Source of the DNA: an uncultured Campylobacter sp.
GTDB taxonomy: Bacteria > Campylobacterota > Campylobacteria > Campylobacterales > Campylobacteraceae
Reading direction: 5' to 3'
DNA length: 37,093 nucleotides
Assembly (NCBI GenBank): GCA_900319915.1
Contig: ONQI01000103.1
Coordinates: forward strand, 1 to 37,093
A program made the translations under genes and the position numbers. Below the pieces are notes generated by a model. That model was not told the origin of the DNA, ran no database searches, and saw nothing but the letters and a program-made list of their open reading frames with translations. Below are positions 27,825 to 37,093 of the stretch, piece by piece (position 1 is the stretch's first letter; every line of letters starts with the position of its first letter).

Positions 27825-28334
27825 ATGGAAAAAATAAAGGCCGTATTTTTGGATCGCGACGGCGTGATAAACCGCGACGGCGGTTACGTTTGCCGGGCGG
27901 AGGATTTCGAGTTTTTGTCCGGAGTTCCCGAGGCTTTGGCGGGATTTTCGCGGCTAGGATACGAACTATTCGTAGTCACGAATCAATCCGGCATTGGGCG
28001 CGGATACTACTCGCTGGAAGACTTTTTTTCATTGAACGAATACATGCTGGACGAACTCGCAAAAAATGGCGTAAGAATTCGCGGAGTGTATTTTTGTCCG
28101 CACGCGCCGGAGGCAAACTGCGAGTGTCGCAAACCTAGAGCCGGCATGATACTTCGCGCCGCGAGCGAGTGGGACGTGGATTTGGAGCGCTCGATTATGA
28201 TAGGCGATAAGGATAGCGACGTGGTCGCGGGTCGCGCCGCGGGCGTGGGCAAATGCTACAAAATCGGTGCGGGAGTGGGGGAGTATTCAAATTTGAAAGC
28301 GGTTTTTGAGGCGGTTAATTCAAATTTGAACTAA
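27825..28334 (+). CDS. gmhB: D-glycero-D-manno-heptose-1,7-bisphosphate phosphatase
   Basis: FLDRDGVIN, VTNQSGIGRG, CPH...CECRKP, IGDKDSD. Start reassigned to ATG 27825. Confidence 0.93.
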   Translation: MEKIKAVFLDRDGVINRDGGYVCRAEDFEFLSGVPEALAGFSRLGYELFVVTNQSGIGRGYYSLEDFFSLNEYMLDELAKNGVRIRGVYFCPHAPEANCECRKPRAGMILRAASEWDVDLERSIMIGDKDSDVVAGRAAGVGKCYKIGAGVGEYSNLKAVFEAVNSNLN

Positions 28335-28379
28335 ATTTGAGCGAATTTAATTCAAATTTGAATTACAAAAGGAAATAAT

Positions 28380-29351
28380 ATGAAAATCGTAGTAACCGGC
28401 GCGGCGGGCTTCATCGGCTCGAATTTGGCCAAGCACTTTATGGAATGGCACGAAGTTTTGGCGGTGGATTGTTTCCGTTCCCCGCGCACGTTTAGCAATG
28501 GTAATTTGCGCAGTTTCGGGCATTTCAAAAACCTTCTAGGATTTGGCGGCGAGATATATTGCGGCGATATTTGCGACCGCGCGACTATCGAAAAAATCCG
28601 CGATTTCGAGCCCGACGTGATTTTTCACGAGGCGGCGATTTCGGACACGACCGTGGGCGAGCAAGACGAGCTAATGAAGGTAAATCTAAACTCGTTTAGC
28701 GACCTGCTCGAAGTCGCCGACGAATGCGGCGCTAAGCTCATTTACGCTAGCTCGGGCGCGACGTATGGCAACGCTCCGGCTCCTCAAACCGTGGGGGGAG
28801 GCGAGAGCCCCGCAAACGTGTATGGGTTTAGCAAGCTCATGATGGACGTAACCGCTCGCAAATGGCGTGAAAAACACGATACACAAGTCGTTGGGCTGAG
28901 GTATTTTAACGTTTACGGCGGCGGCGAGTTTTTCAAAAACAAAACTGCCTCGATGGTGTTGCAGTTTGGTTTGCAAATACTCGCGGGCAACGCGCCAAAA
29001 CTCTTTGAGGGTAGCGACAAGATTTTGCGCGATTTCATTTACGTGGGCGACGTCGTGCGCGCCAACGAACTAGCGATGAGAAGCGACGCTAGCGGGGTTT
29101 TTAACGTTGGAACGGGCAAAGCGCGAAGTTTCCAAGATATAGCCGATATTTTGCAACGCGAAATCGGCGTAAATTATGGGAACGAATACATCAAAAATCC
29201 GTTTTTAGGGCAATATCAGTTCTTTACTCAGGCCGACATTGCGCCTACGACCGAAGCTCTTAGCTACGAGCCAAAATGGAGTTTGGAAGAGGGCATAAGG
29301 GCGTATTTGCCGGAGATTAGACGCATTTACGAGGAGGAAATCCGTGGCTAG
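28380..29351 (+). CDS. hldD: ADP-L-glycero-D-manno-heptose 6-epimerase
   Basis: VTGAAGFIGSN, AAISDTT, YASSGATYG, YGFSK, LRYFNVYG, YQFFTQA. Confidence 0.95.
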   Translation: MKIVVTGAAGFIGSNLAKHFMEWHEVLAVDCFRSPRTFSNGNLRSFGHFKNLLGFGGEIYCGDICDRATIEKIRDFEPDVIFHEAAISDTTVGEQDELMKVNLNSFSDLLEVADECGAKLIYASSGATYGNAPAPQTVGGGESPANVYGFSKLMMDVTARKWREKHDTQVVGLRYFNVYGGGEFFKNKTASMVLQFGLQILAGNAPKLFEGSDKILRDFIYVGDVVRANELAMRSDASGVFNVGTGKARSFQDIADILQREIGVNYGNEYIKNPFLGQYQFFTQADIAPTTEALSYEPKWSLEEGIRAYLPEIRRIYEEEIRG

Positions 29352-30723
29352 GGTTCTGGTCGTCGGCGACCTCATGATAGACCACTATTTGTGGGGTAGC
29401 TGCGAGCGCATTTCTCCCGAAGCGCCCGTGCAAGTCGTGCTCAAACAACGCGAGAGCAAACGACTGGGGGGATGTGGCAACGTAGTTTCAAATTTGATTG
29501 CGCTGGGCGCGAAAGTTGGCGTCGTTAGCGTGCTAGGAGACGACGCGCTAGGGGATGAAATACTTGATTTGCTAAAAGAGCGCGGCGCAAAAAGCGAACT
29601 TGTTTTGCGCGAGAGAGGTCGCAAATCCAGTCAAAAATCTCGCATTATGGTTTCTCACCAACAAGTCCTAAGAATCGACAACGAGAGCGTTTGCGATATC
29701 TCGTGCAGCGATGAAATCGCGGCTAAATTTCCTGAGATTTTGGAGGGCTATGACGTCGTGTTGCTCAGCGACTATGGCAAAGGCGTGCTCACGCGCGAGC
29801 TCACCGGGAGCCTTGTTAAAACGGCAAAAGCGGCGGGGAAGCCCGTGCTAGTCGACCCAAAAGGCAGAGATTACGCTAAATATAGCGGCGCGACCCTGCT
29901 TACGCCAAACCGCAAGGAAGCCAGCGAAGCCCTAGGTCACGCTATCGCCTCGGCTCGCGATGTGGAGCTAGCTCTTACTGAAATGAAGTCCAAATTTGAA
30001 CTTGACGTCGCTCTTATCACGCTTAGCGAGGAGGGCATAGCCGCGCTAGATAAAGGCGAGGTCAAGAGATTCCCCGCCCTTGCCAAAGAAGTCTTCGACG
30101 TTACGGGCGCGGGAGATAGCGTGCTAGCCACGCTAGGATATTGCCTCGCGGAGGGGCTAAGCTTAGACGAGGCTATAGAGAGCGCAAATCTCGCCGCCGC
30201 CGTGGTCGTGGGCAAAGTAGGAAGCGCGGACGCGACGTGGAGCGAGATAGAGGCGCTAAAATCCACGCGCACGGGATTAGAGCGCAAAATAACCAGCCTA
30301 GACGAACTCCTCAAACTCCCTCGCGATGGCAAAAAAATCGTATTTACAAACGGTTGCTTTGATATTTTGCACGCCGGACACGTGAGCTATTTGCAAAAAG
30401 CAAAAGCTCTTGGCGACGTGCTTATCGTGGGGCTAAATTCGGACGCCTCCGTGCGCGCCCTAAAAGGCGCAAGTCGCCCGGTAAACTGCGAGAACGATCG
30501 CGCGATAATGCTCGCCGCGCTCGAGTTCGTGGATTTCGTAGTGGTTTTCGGGGAAGAGACCCCGCGCGAACTCATACGCGCCATTCGTCCCGACATTCTT
30601 GTCAAGGGCGCGGATTACGAGGGCAAAGAGGTCGTGGGAAGCGAATTTGCGGGTCAAACGCGCTTGATTGAGTTTGTGGCGGGCAAAAGCACGAGCGCGA
30701 TAATCGCGAAAATCAAAGGATAA
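29344..30723 (+). CDS. hldE: Bifunctional heptose-7-P kinase/heptose-1-P adenylyltransferase
   Basis: RISPEAPV, SDYGKG, DVTGAGD, FTNGCFDILHAGH, KGADY. Confidence 0.96.
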   Translation: MARVLVVGDLMIDHYLWGSCERISPEAPVQVVLKQRESKRLGGCGNVVSNLIALGAKVGVVSVLGDDALGDEILDLLKERGAKSELVLRERGRKSSQKSRIMVSHQQVLRIDNESVCDISCSDEIAAKFPEILEGYDVVLLSDYGKGVLTRELTGSLVKTAKAAGKPVLVDPKGRDYAKYSGATLLTPNRKEASEALGHAIASARDVELALTEMKSKFELDVALITLSEEGIAALDKGEVKRFPALAKEVFDVTGAGDSVLATLGYCLAEGLSLDEAIESANLAAAVVVGKVGSADATWSEIEALKSTRTGLERKITSLDELLKLPRDGKKIVFTNGCFDILHAGHVSYLQKAKALGDVLIVGLNSDASVRALKGASRPVNCENDRAIMLAALEFVDFVVVFGEETPRELIRAIRPDILVKGADYEGKEVVGSEFAGQTRLIEFVAGKSTSAIIAKIKG

Positions 30724-30726
30724 AAA

Positions 30727-31299
30727 ATGTTCAAATTTGAAAATAGTTTATTCGAGCGCGAACTAGCCGCGCATGCTGAAACTGTCGCCAAAATGAGCGC
30801 GTTAGCCCCGCAAGTCGCAAAAGCGAACCAAATCATCGCAAACGCCCTAAAAAACGGCGGTAGAGTGTTAATCTGCGGCAATGGCGGCAGCGCGGCGGAC
30901 GCGCAACATTTCGCAGCCGAGCTCACGGGTCGCTACAAAACCGAGCGCACCCCGCTTGCGGGAATCGCGCTCACTACCGATACTTCCGCGCTTACCGCGA
31001 TTGGCAACGACTATGGCTATGAGGAGGTTTTCGCTCGTCAATGTGCCGCTTTGGGTCGCGCGGGCGACGTGCTGGTAGGGATTTCTACTAGCGGAAACAG
31101 CGCGAACGTGCTAAAAGCCTTTGCCACCGCTAAGAGGGTGGGTTTATCCACCATAGGACTAAGCGGCAAAGGCGGCGGAGCGATGAACGACGCGTGCGAG
31201 CTAAATATCGTCGTGCCCGCTTCCGACACGGCGCGAATACAAGAGATGCATATTCTAATCATTCACACGATTTGCCAAGGTATTGACAACGCATTTTGA
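30727..31299 (+). CDS. gmhA: Phosphoheptose isomerase
   Basis: [34 protein letters not shown]. Confidence 0.97.
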   Translation: MFKFENSLFERELAAHAETVAKMSALAPQVAKANQIIANALKNGGRVLICGNGGSAADAQHFAAELTGRYKTERTPLAGIALTTDTSALTAIGNDYGYEEVFARQCAALGRAGDVLVGISTSGNSANVLKAFATAKRVGLSTIGLSGKGGGAMNDACELNIVVPASDTARIQEMHILIIHTICQGIDNAF

Positions 31300-31309
31300 G
31301 CGGCTTGTC

Positions 31310-34436
<3,127 letters not shown>

Positions 34437-34440
<4 letters not shown>

Positions 34441-35048
34441 CGGGAATTATCGATTATGGCGCGGGCAATATTAGGAGCGTGATAAACGCCTTTGATTATT
34501 TGGGCGAAAAAACGGCGCTTGTTAGCGACCCGGACGCGCTTGAAAAATACGATCGCGTCGTGCTTCCTGGTGTGGGGGCGTTTGGCGAGGCGATGATGAA
34601 ATTAAAAGCGGCTTCTATGGATGAGGCGATTTTAAACTTTATCTCGAGCGGAAGACCTTTTCTTGGTATTTGTCTTGGCATGCAGTTGCTTTTCGAAAAG
34701 GGCTTAGAATTTGGCGAGCACGAGGGACTTGGTGTCGTCAAAGGAAAAATAGTCAAATTTGAAGAAGACCGCTTTTCATCTCCACTCAAAGTCCCGCACG
34801 TGGGTTGGAATGTTTGCGATTTTACTCGCGAAACGCCCATAAATAAAGGCTTGCCGCGTGAAACTTATCTGTATTTCGTGCATTCTTTTCACGCCGTTTG
34901 CGAGCCAGAATTTGTGCTCGCGCGTACCCATTATGGTTATGATTTTGTGAGCGCGGTGGCAAAAGGAAACGTTTATGGTTTTCAGCCTCACCCTGAAAAA
35001 TCGCACGAAAACGGACTAAAAATACTAAAAAATTTCACGGAGCTATAA
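34437..35048 (+). CDS. hisH: Imidazole glycerol phosphate synthase glutaminase subunit
   Basis: [39 protein letters not shown]. Confidence 0.96.
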
Positions 35049-35049
35049 A

Positions 35050-35760
35050 ATGGAGCTAATTCCCGCAATTGATCTCAAAGACGCCAAGGCGGTACGCCTT
35101 TTAAAAGGTGAAATGAATACGGCTAAAATCTATTCCGAGCACCCTTGGGAATTAGCGCAGATCTTCGCCGACGCCGGTGCGAGCAGACTTCACGTGGTCG
35201 ATCTTGACGGCGCGTTCGCTGGCGATACGCTCAATTTCGCCACGGTCGAAAAAATAGCCAAATATTCAAATTTGAAAATAGAAATCGGTGGCGGAATTCG
35301 CAATGAAGAGCGTATTAAAGCATATTTAAATCTCGGCGTAGATAGGATTATTTTGGGTTCCGTGGCGCTTAAAAATCCTGATTTCGTGCGCGAAATGGCG
35401 CAAAAATACAAAATCGTGGTCGGCATAGACGCGAGAGACGGATTTGTAGCGGTCGAAGGCTGGGCGGAAGTCTCAAATATTCGCGCTACCGAACTCGCGA
35501 GCCTTTACGCGGACGCGGGTGTGGAGGCGATAATCGCTACCGATGTAGGTAAGGACGGCACACTTAGCGGAGTAAATTTGGATTTTACTAGCGAAATTGC
35601 AAAAGTGGCAAAAATTCCCGTTATCGCGAGTGGCGGAGTTTCAAATTTGAACGATATAGAGACGCTTTGTGCTCATCCGGAAATTGCCGGTGCGATTATA
35701 GGCAAAGCGTATTACGAAGGCAAATTAGACCTAAAAAAAGCTTACGAACTTGCGAATTAA
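35050..35760 (+). CDS. hisA: ProFAR isomerase
   Basis: [32 protein letters not shown]. Confidence 0.96.
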   Translation: MELIPAIDLKDAKAVRLLKGEMNTAKIYSEHPWELAQIFADAGASRLHVVDLDGAFAGDTLNFATVEKIAKYSNLKIEIGGGIRNEERIKAYLNLGVDRIILGSVALKNPDFVREMAQKYKIVVGIDARDGFVAVEGWAEVSNIRATELASLYADAGVEAIIATDVGKDGTLSGVNLDFTSEIAKVAKIPVIASGGVSNLNDIETLCAHPEIAGAIIGKAYYEGKLDLKKAYELAN

Positions 35761-35782
35761 AGTTTATTTAAAACTAAATTTC

Positions 35783-35790
35783 GCTAAAAT
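35783..35790 (+). promoter_or_regulatory. sigma70 -10 box for cheY operon
   Basis: gcTAAAAT; AAGGA RBS before GTG 35823. Confidence 0.55.
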
Positions 35791-35822
35791 ATAGTCGAAT
35801 GCAAAATTAGAAAGGATAAATA

Positions 35823-36194
35823 GTGAAGTTATTGGTCGTCGATGATAGCTCTACTATGAGACGTATTATCAAAAATACTTTGCAAAGACTTGGACACAAG
35901 GATATTTTGGAAGCCGAGCATGGACTTGAGGCTTGGAATTTGCTTCAAGAAAACGCCGATATTAACGTGCTTATCACGGATTGGAACATGCCTGAGATGA
36001 ACGGTCTCGAACTCGTCAAAAAGGTTCGCGCCGAGAAAAAATACGAAGACATGCCGATTATTATGGTTACCACGGAAGGCGGTAAAGCCGAGGTTATCAC
36101 GGCCCTAAAGGCCGGCGTGAACAATTATATCGTCAAACCTTTCACGCCACAAGTGTTAAAAGAAAAACTTGAAGACGTCCTAGGCGCCTCATGA
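35823..36194 (+). CDS. cheY: Chemotaxis response regulator CheY
   Basis: LVVDDSSTMRRII, TDWNMPEMNG, VTTEG, YIVKPF. cheY-prmA-ftsH synteny. Confidence 0.95.
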   Translation: MKLLVVDDSSTMRRIIKNTLQRLGHKDILEAEHGLEAWNLLQENADINVLITDWNMPEMNGLELVKKVRAEKKYEDMPIIMVTTEGGKAEVITALKAGVNNYIVKPFTPQVLKEKLEDVLGAS

Positions 36195-36997
36195 AAAACA
36201 AATTTTTCGAGCTAAGCGTTTTTAGCTCGCAAAATGAAATTTTAAAAAATTTTGCTTTTGAATTAGGCGTAGAGGCGGTTGAAGAGGTAGAGGGCGGATT
36301 TGTCGTGCGCGACGAGGACGACCTTAGCGCGCTCGAATTCGGTCTAAAAGAGCTTGCCTCGCGTCTAAATATTGACATTCGCACCTGCATGCAAATCAAA
36401 GACAACATCGACTGGATAGAAAAATACAAAAAGTCTGTTCAGCCTATTAAGGTTGGTAAATTCTACGTTCGCCCAAGTTGGGAAGAAAAGGGCGAGGGGC
36501 TCGACATCATCGTCGATCCCGCACTCGCTTTTGGTTCCGGACACCACGAGAGCACAAATTCGTGTCTTACTCTCATTAGTAGTCACGTTGATTCAAATTT
36601 GAAAACCGCTCTAGACGTAGGCTGTGGCAGCGGAATACTCTCAATCGCTCTTGCTAAGTTGGGCTTAAAAGTAGACGCGTGCGACACCGACGAACAAGCT
36701 ACAGACGCGACCGCCGCGAACGCCGCGAAAAACGACGTTAAATTAAATCAAATTTGGACTGGCTCCGTAAACGGCGCAGGCGATAAAACTTACGACGTCG
36801 TAGTGGCAAACATCATTGCCGACATCATTCTTATGCTGGCTCCAGACCTTGTTTCAAAGGTCGCGCCGGGCGGTTATCTCGTGATTTCGGGCATACTTGA
36901 TAAATATAAATCCCGCGTTTTGGACGCATTTTCAAATTTAAAACTTGTTGAAAATATCTCCAAAAACGAATGGGAAAGCTTCATATTTAAGAAATAA
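36191..36997 (+). CDS. prmA: Ribosomal protein L11 methyltransferase
   Basis: DPALAFGSGHHEST, LDVGCGSGILS, VVANI, SGIL. Confidence 0.95.
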   Translation: MKNKFFELSVFSSQNEILKNFAFELGVEAVEEVEGGFVVRDEDDLSALEFGLKELASRLNIDIRTCMQIKDNIDWIEKYKKSVQPIKVGKFYVRPSWEEKGEGLDIIVDPALAFGSGHHESTNSCLTLISSHVDSNLKTALDVGCGSGILSIALAKLGLKVDACDTDEQATDATAANAAKNDVKLNQIWTGSVNGAGDKTYDVVVANIIADIILMLAPDLVSKVAPGGYLVISGILDKYKSRVLDAFSNLKLVENISKNEWESFIFKK

Positions 36998-37005
36998 GGA
37001 AAAAA

Positions 37006-37093
37006 ATGAACGACGAAAATAAGCCTAATAACGGCGATAATAATAATTTTTTCAACAAAAATCCCATTTTAACCTTCGCGATTTTTGCTATCG
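37006..37093 (+). CDS. ftsH: FtsH protease, 5' fragment (truncated by window end)
   Basis: AAGGA RBS, then MNDENKPNNGDNNNFFNKNPILTFAIFAI, resembling the Campylobacter FtsH N-terminus; follows prmA. Only 29 codons visible. Confidence 0.7.
   Translation, partial: MNDENKPNNGDNNNFFNKNPILTFAIFAI

Overview
Core-genome segment of a Campylobacterota bacterium, most likely a non-jejuni Campylobacter (gene content, gene order and gnTAnAAT promoters fit; GC roughly mid-40s % by eye). Gene order: nrfA-like/nrfH (minus), macAB plus outer-membrane factor, comEC, asd, hemE, radical SAM, ppa-adk-aspS (minus), nadK-recN, cbrR-like regulator, tatD, lytic transglycosylase, rlpA, hisB, kdsC, lptC-like, lptA, engB, GNAT, mreD-like, mrdA, cyclophilin-like protein and cytochrome c553 (minus), gmhB-hldD-hldE-gmhA, pglE-pglF-hisH-hisA, cheY-prmA and the start of ftsH. 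No rRNA, tRNA, CRISPR or transposase was seen. Three things stand out. (1) The palindrome TTCAAATTTGAA occurs about 41 times perfectly by manual count, roughly 1 per 0.9 kb, in genes and between them; its core AAATTT fits RAATTY, the methylated site needed for C. jejuni transformation, and copies bracket comEC. (2) At least three families of small palindromic repeats are associated with this motif, and one is inserted in frame in the GNAT gene. (3) The NrfA-like pentaheme cytochrome has a remodelled active site (CxxCH for CxxCK, CH-VLSY for CH-VEYY, FAEH for KxQH). All counts and alignments were done by eye.
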